Shown here: piece by piece, positions 42,139-54,798 of the stretch
Numbering within the stretch: position 1 is the first letter of the stretch
Layout: every line of letters begins with the position of its first letter
Assembly (NCBI GenBank): GCA_977030845.1
Contig: OZ365112.1
Span: forward strand, 16,430,001-16,494,000
Direction of reading: 5' to 3'
DNA from: Fimbriosthenelais zetlandica
Taxonomy: Eukaryota
Length of the DNA stretch: 64,000 bases
Position numbers and translations under genes: made by a program
The notes under the pieces: generated by a model
What the model was told of the DNA's origin: nothing
Databases searched by the model: none
The model's input: only the letters and a program-made list of their open reading frames with translations

Positions 42139-45100
42139 TACTTCGCCCCATAGGCTACTAGGGGGCGACAGGTGAGATTTTAACTTATTAGGGGAACTTC
42201 TCCGGGACTTCTACTATATGACATATAGATAGGTCCTAGTAGGAATAATTTTCCTCTTTTTCAGGATGAATTTAACGAGGAACTCGACCTAGTGATTTTG
42301 TTCATCATAAAGTACTAGGTTTCTTTCAAATTATGAGCTTTAAGTTATCACTTATAATTGGAGTTGATATTGATATCAATTGGGTTATCACTAGCTATCA
42401 GATCATCTTTATGATCATTAGTGATTTTATTTTAGGGAAGCAGTGGAGTTGGTCTTTATTTGGAAACTTGGGTTTCATTCATGCGAGCATGACCAAGCCT
42501 CCTGACATGATAGAACCTTTGTCCTTAAGCTTTCATGAGACGTTATGGAGATCAATTCTCCAATGTAGAGGTGTATCGTAATTTAACTAATTACGAAAGC
42601 ATTTGGACATGCAATATCTGTCTATAATATGGATATACTAGTATATATTGGACTATGCCAACACTTTTTTGCCTAAATATTTTAGGTCGACTCTACTTGT
42701 TTCACAGTACCGGTATTCATGGGAACACAAGTTCAAGGTTCACACAGATGTGTGGCTTTTTACAAGTAATTGTGTCACCCTGAGCATCAATAAGGTATGG
42801 AAGAACTTTATGGCATCTTGTCATATCGTGTTCGAGTGAGGTAAAGCTGGAAGCACCTTCCAACTCTAGCTTACACCTACTACCACGATTCCACAGTGTC
42901 TGTCCAGGACGTTTCGGATGCTCGCATGGTATTTAGATGAGGTACATATACAAGTACTGTTAATTTTTTGACAGAGTCTTAGGCAGGGCGGACATTGTAA
43001 GGTGTGAGGGGCCAATGTCGTTATTACTGCAAGTATGAAGGAAATATACTGCGGCCAGAAATTACAACAGGCTGTGGTGGGAATTTGGTTAAAAGACATA
43101 CAATTTTCTGTAGATGTATTGAGGACATGCCGGGAGATGTGAATGGATTATAGGGTCCTTGCGATTGGGGGATGATAACATTTTTTGACTTTTTAAGTCC
43201 CGTGATCTTAATTTTTAAGATCTAAAATATACGCTTTTGGACAATGGATAGTTGGATAAATTAGCCAGTTAAATAATCGAAATTTCGCCAGTAATATCGC
43301 CGGCAATGACGTCAGTAAACTTAAGCGCTTAAAAAGGTCCAAAAGGTCCTAAAAAGTTTTAAATCTTTACATGCCGTGTGGGAACCCCGGAATAGTGAGT
43401 CATCCAGAAGTTTTGAAGTTTCTTAACTGGTCTTAAAGATGTTAGACCACAGGTAATTCTTCCAGCCCTGGTCGTTAGTCTTACTCGAATAGGGCAATTC
43501 CCCTTCTTTCGAATAGAAGACTTGCCTCAATCTCCAGTTTCGTCTGGAAACATTGAATTAAATTCTTGGTTTTCTTTGCTCACAGCTTATGTGGGGTTTT
43601 CATGGGAGTCAAAAATAAATGTAAACATGTCGTTTATTTAATAGGAGGGAGAGCACAGTTTTATTATATTCCTGTGAATAAGTATTACTGATGGGGCCTC
43701 TTCACTGGGTAGACCTGGGAGATGATTACATTTTTGTGGTAGTCTTGAATGATGTTAGATTATTTAGGATTACCGTGTAATCATAGCCAAAGTGGCTATA
43801 ATTGGTTCTTCAGGTTCCAGGAGTATTCAGGTAAGAGGTATAGAAGGACTGATTCACTGGGTATATAGTGCTAAAGAGTGCCTTAGAATAACAAACATAG
43901 GGTCCTATGATGAGGACAGTTTCCCTGCGTGATAATCATTTACTATGATAAGGGATTTAGATTAAGTTTATAGGTTGCTGCCTAGGCAATGTTTCCAAAA
44001 TAGGAAAATTAACATACTAGGATCTATATCAATTTGGCCAAGCTCATTTAGTTCAATACAGTGACATGTATAATCGATTTATATCGATACGTTTGACCGT
44101 TTGATCGTGAAGGTTTCACGAGGGAGTACCACTGTGGCTATTAGTGGTTTTATTTTACGTAAAAGGGTATTCGGATAACGATTGGATTATCAGTTTAGTT
44201 ATCATTTCAAGGCTCGTCATTGAGTTAAATTTTGTCCTGTTTTCCCAGGAAAGTTTCCATAACTGACAAGTAATTGAGTAACTTTATATCCAATGTCAAG
44301 AAATAAGGCAGATTATAGTTGGATGAGTTGGGACAGAGGCGAGTCTGTACTATAATGTGGGTCTGCAGAACGACAGATAATACATTTTTTGATAGTAGGT
44401 TTCTGTTCAGGGTCTATTATGTTTTCTAGAAACACTTAGAAATGGTTCTGAATCATTCAGTGTTGTGTACTTAAAAAAAAAACCTACTCATCAAGCCTGA
44501 GCTTGAGTGTAATATTTGTCACTCGAGTTATACGTTCACATATATATAATTCACATCAATTTCTGAGGACTGATGGGGGTCTACATTGTCTATATTCTCT
44601 GATGTCTAGTAAACGTCAAGATGAGATACGAATGGCCCAATGCATAGATGCATGTATGTCTAAGACATAAATCATAAAGACTTCATCTTCCAGACTTTGT
44701 AAAGAACGCTTCAGGTCAAAGCGTAACTTATAAGTTGATCTCTTTATTATAATTGTTACGAGTAGGGATTTCCGTGACCTAATATAAGAAGACGTAGTGA
44801 ATGAATGGTCATTGAGTCCCATGCCAGGCAATGAGGCTGTATTTATAGCGAGTAACGCTTGTGATATTGAAGGGGTAAACCCTTAGATCCCATGAGAGAA
44901 ACTCAGTTTTAATTGGAGTATGACTGAAGTGGATGTCCTTAGACAGTAGAATAAATTAGTTATTCTATTGAATATACCAGTAAGTTTCACACTGAAATAA
45001 TCAGGGCTTATATTACTTATGTCGCTAAACTCGATGTTCGATCTTGATTTTAAAGGGTCTGAGATACATTTACTGTCCACGTAAATACACTAAGCCACGA

Positions 45101-47060
45101 CCCATAGACAGGGAGGACCTGTGAAGGGTTTAGGGAAAAGAGCGCCTTGTTTAAGACAAATGCTTAATGTAAGGAAAGTTTTATGATGTAAACTTATATT
45201 GTATTGGACTATCTCGGAGTCCGTCTTAAGGTCCGCTTTTAATGGGCCCAAGAAAATCATTATTATTTGTAATTTCCGTCATATATCAGCCAACTTGTCT
45301 GGCGATTCGGACTTTGCTGGTAGGATCTCTCCTATCGGATTATCATACAGTTGTTGATCATCTTGTCCTATAATCGCGGTGGCTCGGGGGGTACCGCACA
45401 ACTCCGGACACTGTCTGAGTGGCTGTGGGCACAGGGGTTAGACTGTGTTGAAAGGTAGTATTAGGTGAAAATGCAGTTTCTAAGTGACGTTTTCTTTAAG
45501 GAACCTGTTGATGTTGGTTTAATTTCTGTTAATTAATAGGATTAATTACTAACTGTCCATAAATAAACCATCTCCAAGTATGGTTTAATTTCTGTTAATT
45601 AATTGGATTAATTACCAACTGTCCATAAGTAAACCATCTCCCTGTATGGTTTAATTTCTGTAATTAATAGGATTAATTACCAACTGTCCACAATTAAACC
45701 ATCTCAAAGTATGGTTTAATTTCTGTTAATTAATTGGATTAATTACCAACTGTCCATAAGTAAACCATCTCCCTGTATGGTTTAATTTCTGTAATTAATA
45801 GGATTAATTACCAACTGTCCACAATTAAACCATCTCCAAGTATGGTTTAATTTCTGTTAATTAATAGAAAGAAATTCAGTAAACCATTCTCAGGTCAGTG
45901 TAATTAGGGAGTTGAGAAGAATCGTCCTAGGTATTGTAGGCCTATTGGAATAATAAGGCCGTAGTACAGCACATGTGGAGAAGGTAGCACTGTCTCCTGC
46001 ATCGTCCGAGTCGAGGGTGTAGGTATAATTCGCTATCACAACTGCATAACAATGCTGCTCAATGATACGTAATTCACTGTAAAAAATGGATCATTTTGAA
46101 GGAATTTGTCTCATCTTACTGTTGGTACCTTTCTGTATATTGGGTACCTTCAGATGGTGGTCCTATGAATTTGTGTTTAGATATTCATATCTTTTATGGA
46201 CGTAAATGTCCGAAATATATTATTGAATTGAAGTGAAATTGTTGCGACACCCTGTAAGTGAACGGTACCGGTACTATTTATGTACCAATGGTCAACAAGG
46301 TGTTGAAGCGTGGTTACAGTCCGCTACTATACGGTTCTGTTATGTAACACAATCAATTCGACAACGAGGTCACAATGGCTGTCAACTTGTCCTTGAGTTC
46401 ACAGTAATGTAGAGTGTGAAATACCAAAATGATATATACATAAACGGGTCTGGAAGTCAGGGCCCATTTAGAGATAGAAATCCACTCTTTTAGTAGAGGG
46501 ATGGTCACACATTTAATTTGTCGTAGTTATGGCTATTGCCATTTTTGTACAACACATTACCTTGAGGTTTTGGACTTCTCTCCTTCTCCTCCTGCGACTG
46601 TGATAAGAGGGAGCCAATCCTGCCAAGTAATTGACGGCAGAAGTCGGTCTATATTCTGCTAGCTGGAGCCAGAACATTTCATGGTGCAAGGTCAGTTATA
46701 GCCTTGCTTCACAGCGTTCTCTTCTTCATAGCCTAGCCTTTGGACTCTTACGAGTCAACGATAGTAACCCCGCGGTTATATCGCCCTTGTCTCAAAAAAC
46801 ACCCAACAAATGACAAGTGTCTCTCCCCGTCTCCAAAACCTTGAGAAGCTCGAAGGCAGGAGTTGTATAAATGTAGAATAGGCTCTTGGGGAGAGCAAGG
46901 CATGGTTGGTACACCGTCGGTATAGTTGAAAGTATCCACGTCCATTGATGGCAATCAAAATGCGACCTGCTTGTTCCACGAACTCAGCTAACTGACCTCT
47001 TACACACGCACCAGCGCCTTCTCACCTGTCGCCCCCTAGTAGCCTATGGGGCGAAGTATA
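42137..47060. mobile_element. Decayed ISL2EU/IS4EU-like (PIF/Harbinger-related) DNA transposon, about 4.9 kb
   Basis: Perfect 41-bp TIR (TATACTTCGCCCCATAGGCTACTAGGGGGCGACAGGTGAGA) at 42137-42177 and 47020-47060, flanked by AT on both sides. Minus-strand remnants resemble THAP (RRCTNH...VICWVFF, ~46790-46920), the HTH (HFGISHSTL, ~46410-46440; cf. RFGISQSTV) and the last DDE motif (FLQNDPFFTVNYVSLSSIVMQL**RII, ~46025-46110; cf. xxRIHVERAI). Plus-strand remnants resemble SWIM (AHSLCGVFMGVKNKCKHVVYLI, ~43580-43645) and YqaJ exonuclease (TREYHCGY*WFYF, NVGLQND, HQFLRTDG, ~44115-44580). The TIRs are certain; the family is a by-eye inference. Confidence 0.72.
45516..45867. repeat. AT-rich minisatellite, 65-66-bp unit, 5 full copies plus a partial copy
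   Basis: Units start at 45516, 45582, 45648, 45713, 45779 and 45844 (GGTTTAATTTCTGT(T)AATTAAT[AT]GGATTAATTAC[CT]AACTGTCCA...AAACCATCTC...GTAT). Confidence 0.96.
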
Positions 47061-48519
47061 ATTCTATGTGATTAAACACAATTACAACTCAGCGGCTGCC
47101 AACAGCAGCTTACAGGGCCCCTCAACCCTCCAGATATTATACACGAGGGGTGAGAGGTATCTAGATTTCCTAGCAATGAATTACTGACCCCGAGGACCAC
47201 TGAGCTGTCCAGATTATAGATTGCTTCCCGGCATGAGAGACAGTTGAGTTTGGGAGGAGCTGATTATAAACAAGAAGACCAATCATGACTGGTGTATCCC
47301 GCAGAGCACGTATACCAGGCAAACACAGGTGACCCTGAGGTATCAAGGAGTTTGCCAACTGGAATCAGGAAACACCATTAAGTTATTTAATGAATAGAAA
47401 CATTAGCCAGAGAAGATCATAAAGGACGGTGTCCTATCCAAACTTCCTCTCTATTTTTAATCTGTATAGATTAAAAGATTAAATCGGATTAAAGTTCAAG
47501 CCTCATCTTTACTTAATCCAGCCACACTGGCAAAAAGCTCATAAACGGTGGCCTAGAATGGCAAGAATAGTTGTTGAGGTTGTGTGTCAGGCCCCTGTTT
47601 TGTGTATACATAAGTTCTGAGTACTGTACTCCTGGGTCGAAGTTTGATTTCCAATTCATAGCTTGCGTGTTCAATCAGGCAGTGAACAGAGTCTAGACTA
47701 GAGGGCTAATCGCTCGGACAACATATCAATTTTAGCATTATGTATGCCTTTCTGTGTTTGGTTAAAACATCAGGCAGGCAAACAATAGCCCCTGTTGAAT
47801 CTATTGATTTTGTCAAACCAAATCAACATTGAGTCATGGGCAGGGCTGAGATAAATCAGTTTGCGGGGTGGTCAACTTGGGCAGGTACAAAATACTGATC
47901 CATTAATGATAGTCACATGTAGCAGTATATTTATAGGTGGTGTTATAAACTCATATCAAACATCAAAGTCATGAGAGATGATCACATAGCTTAAACACGG
48001 AGATAAGGCAATAGATTCAGCCTTTGTTCAGACCATAAAAACTCCACTGCATAGAAACAGATATCTACATATCGATTAAAGAGATATAAACTTAATCAGT
48101 GGCTAGGTCTGAAATATTAAATACCAAGTGATTTATTTAAGATTGAATATATTTTAAGGTCGAAATATATTCTATTCATTGATTTATGAGTGATGTCTGA
48201 ATGAGTAGGTGGGGTCCACCTTCTGTGTTATTGGGTGTTCCACTCCAGTAATCAGAGGAGGGGGTGTGGGGGAGGAGAGAGAAGGGGTGTGGCGGATAGG
48301 GGGATGCACCAAGGGAAAGGGGGATAATGGAGGGAGATGAAAAGGTGAAGAGAAGGAAGAGAAGAGGTAGATTATGGCAGTGGTAGTAAAGCTGGCGTGG
48401 CAGGTCTGGGTACACAGTAGAGCAGTGGCACAACACGTCTCTACCAATGACACCATGAGAGGCATGTCAGCTATGTGGGGCGGTCAGACTGAAGGCCTCC
48501 CTCCAACACCAACCAACCT

Positions 48520-48613
48520 TCCACCACCGAGTCCCAACTCCACCACCACCACTACCTAGTTCACCTACCAGCACACCTACACCCACCACCACTACCACCA
48601 CCACCATCATCAT
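48520..48613 (+). repeat. Imperfect (CAC/CCA)n microsatellite
   Basis: Runs of caccaccaccac, ccaccaccactaccaccaccaccatcatcat; preceded by a purine/G-rich tract at about 48255-48370. Confidence 0.85.
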
Positions 48614-49933
48614 AGCTGAGAGTATACACATTTCATACTCCCACCTGTATATGTACTGAACACTAACATGTATACAGGACACATATAATATGTATTGCTG
48701 TCAGAGAAGTTCCATGTTCTCAATATTAAACATGTAAATGGGATGGGTAGAAATATATTGTAGGTCATCATTAATTACTCCTACAGTCTTTCATTAGGCT
48801 GGTGATCTCTGATCACACCCACTTGGTCATGATAAAACATGACATGCACATGACCCTTCATTTATCTTGTAATAACAGGGAGGATTTTGCACTGAGAATC
48901 TAACTTGACAGTACACATTAATTCCTTCATATAACTATCAAGGAGGCGGGCAATATCCAATCTTCCGACCTTTGATAAAAATAAGGTTACTTCATTTGCT
49001 ATTTGTTTGGAACATCTATCAAGTAGTGTGACCTGGAGAGAGTAAAATAGCCTCCAGCTTGCAGGTGTTCACTTCAGTGTGACCCTTCATACCTGTGTAT
49101 ATAATGATTCAATCCACAGTTTTAACCCATGTGTTGCACATGGATATCGGTCAAGTTAAGCTCTCTATCTGACAAGCTCCACCCATACGACCAGCAGTCA
49201 GTGGTTTGGTTTGCATGCTACATCCTACTGCTAAGTTGCATGTCGCAGCATGTAAGCCTATAGCATGATAGTTTCATGCTGGTCCAATAGCTCTCCATCC
49301 CCCCGTCCCCTCAGTAGACAACTTATTATGGCATCTTGCCAGATTCAGTATTGGGGGATGGGGAGAGCTGAGAAAAGGCGGGACACACATCTACCGGTGT
49401 CCCACATTTGACATGACAAGTTGTGCTTCCATTGAAAACTTTACCTCTTTATATTGTTCTCCCAGCTGAGCCAGGCATTTCAACTACTAGGCATTCAAAT
49501 TTACTTTTTCATAACATTTTTAACCTTTCAATGCAATAATAATGAATAAAATGGTTCAACATAAATAGTAACAATAACATACAAACCACACTTGAATAAG
49601 CATTTTTTAACAAAACATCACCTTATTCACCTCATCAGCAGGGTTTGGTATTCCAGTGTCACATTTAAATTGCCTTCTGTAGAATATCTAAAGGTTCCAC
49701 TTGTTCTGCTCAGACTGTTCCACATGCTCAATTTTTCGTCACAAAATATTTAATTGTCCAACATAATCAATTGGGGAAAATGCTCACCAAGGTTTTAAAG
49801 AATTTTAAGCACAATTCGATAAGTATGCCCTTGCCCATTTTTTAACAGAAGATCTAGAACTAAGATTATATCATATAACTAAGATTATATCATAAGATTA
49901 TACTCAATAAATATGAGTGGAAATATCACGTAC

Positions 49934-50090
49934 CTTGAAGCATGCTTCTGTAGGCAGTGTCAGTAATTGCAAAGACGTGGGGTGGCATCTCGTGTCGCTT
50001 TTTGCCCTTGTATAGTTCGATCACTTTCTCCGTGTAGATTGGAAGTCTCTTGTATGGGTTCACGACGACACAGAAGAGACCAGAGTAGGT
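49934..50090 (-). CDS. Non-muscle myosin II heavy chain, coding exon 2
   Basis: Bounded by tttcag and gtacgt; 157 nt encoding [52 protein letters not shown] plus one G (phase 1). Not in the ORF track. Confidence 0.97.
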
Positions 50091-51316
50091 CTGAAATAGT
50101 GAGTGAAAGATGGTGTGACTATATCAAATAATTTATAATGCTAATCCAGTTACTTTCTCATTGAACAAAAATATCTCTGAAAGGTTAAACAAAATACTTA
50201 AACATTGATACAAGATTTATTTCATGAAAATCTAATCTAACAAATATGTCAACTGCTATGGGAACATTCTTTGAGGTAAATCTATCAAAGGGGGCTTTTA
50301 TCTATGGCTAGATGTAGGCCTAGTTCTTTGCTAACTGTGCTAGCTTTGTCCCAGTTATCAAAAGCAGTGACTACTGAAGGCCTAGCCTACCCATCAATAT
50401 CATAACAATAACAAGCTCAGGATGGGGTGTTATTGTCACTGCCTCCCAATAATTCATAATGTGTGAATGCTACACTAAATCTGGCATCTCTAGCCTACTG
50501 CAGGTATACCGCAGTGAGTGATTGACTGACGACATGGATGGGGATGCTACAGAATACACATTAAATGGGCTACCCTTAGTCTAATGTGTATTGTCTATGT
50601 GTATTAGGCCTAATCCATGTCTGATAATTTCATAGACCTAGAATTACTATTAGGCTACCTACTAGGTGGGGCAATTCTGCAGGAAATATTTTTAATACAA
50701 TTTAATTGTGATTTTGCAATTTTGATAACCTATTTATCATATTATCAGAACAGAAATCTTAGGGCACAAATCCTGGCCTAGACTGAGACTTCTAGATCTT
50801 TGCCCACAGCATGTCTGCATACCATTAACGTTTTATCATGGATGGGTGCATATAACCAGACTTCAGAAATACCTAGGTCTGACTCAAGCTAGGGGTAGGG
50901 CTACTTCCGCGAGTAAAGACACCGGCATGTCCCAAACCTGGAGCTGTCAGTAACCGACAAGGGTTCAAAAGGGACCCCTCCCCTCACTTAGTCACAAGAT
51001 GCTGCATTGCCAATGGCCCTCCCCCTTTGTAATGATAATACAATGATCCCTTGAGGTATGAGGACATGGTAAGGTTACAGGTGGGCCTACATGCTTTGTT
51101 TATGAGAGAAATACATTAATGATAGTTGATACAGAAAGCTTTATGTAGGGGGTTGTACTGTCAGTGGTGACACTGACTCACAGCTAAGCTGGTGTTCCGG
51201 GATGTTAAGACTTTATACTAGGTACACACACCACCTCGCCGGGCATGACAAGGCAACCGTTCCGCCAAAATACCGGACGTTAACGGTCCATATTTTGAAG
51301 GTCATGAAATACTTAC

Positions 51317-51670
51317 GTAAATTAGTCCAGAATAATATCTGTCCTTAAGATTGTACAGAACTGAAGCTTCATTAAGGCACGTCAGTTCTGCCATATCCTC
51401 GACTTTGTTAAATTTAGGGGGATTCATTTTCTGGATGTCATCCTTGTTGAATACCATGTGTTTACCGGTCTCCTGTATTTCAACCAACACTTCATCACCC
51501 CTTTCCTCCCTGATGCTGGCCGCCACGAAGCCATGATTTTCGTGGGGTACCCAAACAAGTCTTTTTGCTGCCCATGCTGCCTGGGCTGTAGGATCATTGA
51601 CGATTCCTCTGTCCACTGTCAAATATTTCAGCTCCGCGCCGCTCATGCCTCCGTAATCCACGTCCGCCAT
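51317..51670 (-). CDS. Non-muscle myosin II heavy chain, first coding exon (N-terminal SH3-like domain and start of the motor)
   Basis: ATG at 51670 gives 118 codons, MADVDYGG...[12 protein letters not shown]...[40 protein letters not shown], followed by a phase-0 GTAAGT donor. The motifs are diagnostic of MYH9/MYH10/zipper. The ORF-track start at 51697 is a non-ATG upstream codon. Confidence 0.97.
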
Positions 51671-51899
51671 GTTGAATCTTGAATGACCTTTTTCCAACTT
51701 GCCGAAACTGTCCTGTTTCGTCGCCGATCGAAGCGGGAAGAAGGCACTTGCTTATTAATCTAACTACGAAACTGTAAGCTATGTCATGGAAAGGGTTGTA
51801 TAAGTAGACACTCTCCCTATACTCCGCTTTAGAGGGATGTTTTTCGCTCCAGAGTTGAGATGTGTCTGAGACTCGCACCGCATAAGCGCCACACAGGCG

Positions 51900-51975
51900 A
51901 GTCAAAATGATTGGCAGGTCGGTTGGTCACGTGGTCTTTGGGCCACGCCCATTTAACTTCCCAGGCGCGCGATTG
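51900..51975 (-). promoter_or_regulatory. Proximal promoter of the myosin II gene
   Basis: CpG-containing patch about 240-300 bp upstream of the ATG, with a CCAAT box (attgg, 51910-51914), an E-box CACGTG (51928-51933) and a KLF/Sp-type CCACGCCC (51943-51950). TSS not determined. Confidence 0.6.
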
Positions 51976-54522
51976 TCCTTAAGTCACCTATTCAAAAGTG
52001 GGATACCTGTCATGACTTATGTAATAAAGTATTCATATACCTTTCTTTAGACAAACACAATTGAAAATAGAAAATGTCGGTTATTTAGAAAGTCTATAAT
52101 TGTTTATTCCAGACAGACTGCATGCTGACCCATTTATAAGTGGGTCAACTTAATTTATAAGGAAGGATGCATTGAATGGAACACATTGATGACTCATGCC
52201 ATAAATGTGAATCCTGCAGGCATGAATGAATGTGAATGAATTAATTCTTTACATTCCTAAGTCTATATTAGGACAAAACTGACAAACAAATATTGGAGTG
52301 TGCCACCAGGATTTGACGATAAACCAAGTCTTTAAAAAAATCCCCCCAAAATCTCTACACTCCCTTGTTCATTTAGGACTAGGCATAATTAGTATCTACA
52401 TGTAATAATAATTTCCTGTGAGTTTATAATGGTATTTTCAGAAGTCTATTTCATCTTCAAGGCCACATTAAGTAAGCCTATACTTTTATGGAAGGTCATA
52501 GATACTGTTCCACCGTGCCACAAATTTGGAAAATGGGATTCTTTTGAGCCAAAAATGTTAATTTTTCAAAAGGGGTTCAGGGCCAGTCTCTGCATTTGTC
52601 ACAAACTAGGCCTAAAGATAATCTATCAGGAGCCAAGATCCGAAAGGAGTCGACAGGGAGAAGCACATGACAAAAAATCTCAACAAATGTTCAGAATACT
52701 CTCATCATGTCTTTTTTATTTGTATATGTTGAACAAAACTGGACTAATACAAATTTGTTAAATGGCTAGGGCATGTACAAAACTGTCGGACCGAGAAATG
52801 TCGAGGCTCCCTCAATTGAGTAACATTTCATATTAATCCCATATCTCTAGGCCTCTGACTAACAACAAGTATACATCACTGTAACATAGCTAAGGTGTAC
52901 GGACCGAGCACCCTGATCTTTACAACAGCACAAGGGTTAGATTTATTAAGAGCATCATATTATTAGCCTTGTACATAGATCTATGTTACACGATAAACAT
53001 CTCGCCTCACGATGAAGGCTTTTTATCATTTTTCCTTTGTACAAACTCACAATACCTATTTACACGCACAGTATTGGTCTAAGGATCAATATCAATAATA
53101 TTCTACAAGATTCTATGATTTAAAACTTCTTGAGTGGAGGAATTATATATTTTAAAGTATTAAGATTATGTTTGAACACGATCAGGGTACAGGGAAGTGC
53201 TGCCACACACTGGCAATGTTTTAAAACGAGGGACTATTAGTTATAGCAGCCCCTTAGAAATAATTAGAGATGTTACACATCCATTACAATAGAAAAAACA
53301 CACTTTGGTGGGTATTGGCTAACACAGCAGACGACGTAGATATAGGGAGCACTAGACACAGATTAAGACCATAGACCCAACAGAGATTTGCCCACTGGAG
53401 AAACAAGACCCCAGTTTAAACAACTGGCAAAAAAGATATTAACCAAAGAAAACAAGTGACTTGGTGACGCTTTGCAATAATTATGAAGAGGAAAATATCG
53501 TACTGCTAACGGCGATCAATAGAATTAATTTTATTATTTAAATATTAACCACAAGAATGATAACTAGCATTCATAGATCATGCCATCGATTTGTTCAAAA
53601 ATACAATTACCCATCGGATTTAGAATATTGCAAGTACATCAAGTACATACTTTTATATCCGAACCAAATATCTGTAGCAGTTGAAATATGTCAAAGGTAA
53701 TTTTCTGTTGTCACATATTATTATTACATTCAGTCCTTCTAGAAGTCGCCCATACACACTACAAAGATTGAAATTAATTGAATTAAGGGTCTGCTTTTGT
53801 CCATATAAATATAAATATTTGTGTAATGTATATAATATACCAGTTTTGGTACCCTGAAATCAATAAGTTTCAGTGAAATAATTTCTTTAAAAATCTCGCT
53901 TTACTCCTATATAAAGTGTTATATATAGCTGTACCACTTGATGTCTTTTTACTACCACATAACTCAAGAGTTATCAACAATATTCTCATGAAAAAATCTC
54001 ATACCAGGAATTTTCTAAATATTACAATGTACTGCGAGCATTAAATGCCAGAGTAACTTATATTTATATAAACCACTTGAACAAAACGGAACCACTGCAC
54101 TGACTATGGCCGCCATAACACAATGATACAGACTGACTGGCTAGTATCATATATAATTATAGTTTTACTTTTTGACTATATTGACAAAATGACATTTCAT
54201 CGCTTAATTTAACTTGGTTAAGACCAGGAAATAATGCTTTCAGGGTTGATTCATCTTGGTCCTGGCCTGTCATTTTCTTCCATCTTTATCGCCAGGAGAA
54301 TGACGCTGGACGTTATATTCGGTGTGTAGGTAGGGAGCAGAGGATACGTAGTGCTTTTCTGCCTAAGTTTCTCCTTCGTCTCTTGTATTAGTGAAGTCAT
54401 CCATTTCGCTTTCATGCCACACCTTTTTCATTTTCATTCCGTTATATATATTACGATTAAGCATACACACATTCACATTCACACAGCAGTGTCTGGTACA
54501 CCTAAAGCATGCGGAAATGCAG

Positions 54523-54537
54523 CTACACGTCACTTGC
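54523..54537 (-). CDS. TCF20/RAI1-like, candidate terminal exon B (ASDV*), followed by probable 3' UTR
   Basis: atttcttttcag|GCA AGT GAC GTG TAG; phase-0 compatible. Downstream AT-rich sequence has minus-strand AATAAA candidates at 53530-53535, 52942-52947, 52715-52720 and 52103-52108. Confidence 0.5.
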   Translation of the reverse strand, partial: ASDV

Positions 54538-54747
54538 CTGAAAAGAAATATTTATAGGAGTATAAGAGGGGTACAATCATCTCGAAAAATGATTACTTGT
54601 TAAATGATTAGGACTACATAAAGAAACCGATAGATACAGAATATATGTATGATAAATACTTACTCTTTTTGTATGTCATGAGGAACTTGACATCATTTTC
54701 GCTTTTTTCTCCTGGAAAATTAGATTAATATAAGTGAACAGAACGAC

Positions 54748-54798
54748 TCAAATGCAAAAAGATATTAGCATGCCGAAATGTAGCAAATTGACAATTGC
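54748..54798 (-). CDS. TCF20/RAI1-like, candidate terminal exon A (AIVNLLHFGMLISFCI*)
   Basis: atttcttttcag|GCA ATT GTC...TGA, after a 75-nt intron; phase-0 compatible. One of two paralogous acceptors. Confidence 0.4.
   Translation of the reverse strand, partial: AIVNLLHFGMLISFCI

Noticed and set aside
47620-47725. tRNA/SINE-like segment on the minus strand (A-box-like TGTCCGAGCGATTAG and TTCGACCCAGGAGTA)
   Set aside because: No cloverleaf or clean B-box could be folded by eye. It may be a decayed SINE but is too weak to call.
49858-49905. Short tandem repeat AACTAAGATTATATCAT(AT), about 2.5 copies, just downstream of myosin exon 2
   Set aside because: Ordinary slippage duplication, with no evidence of function.
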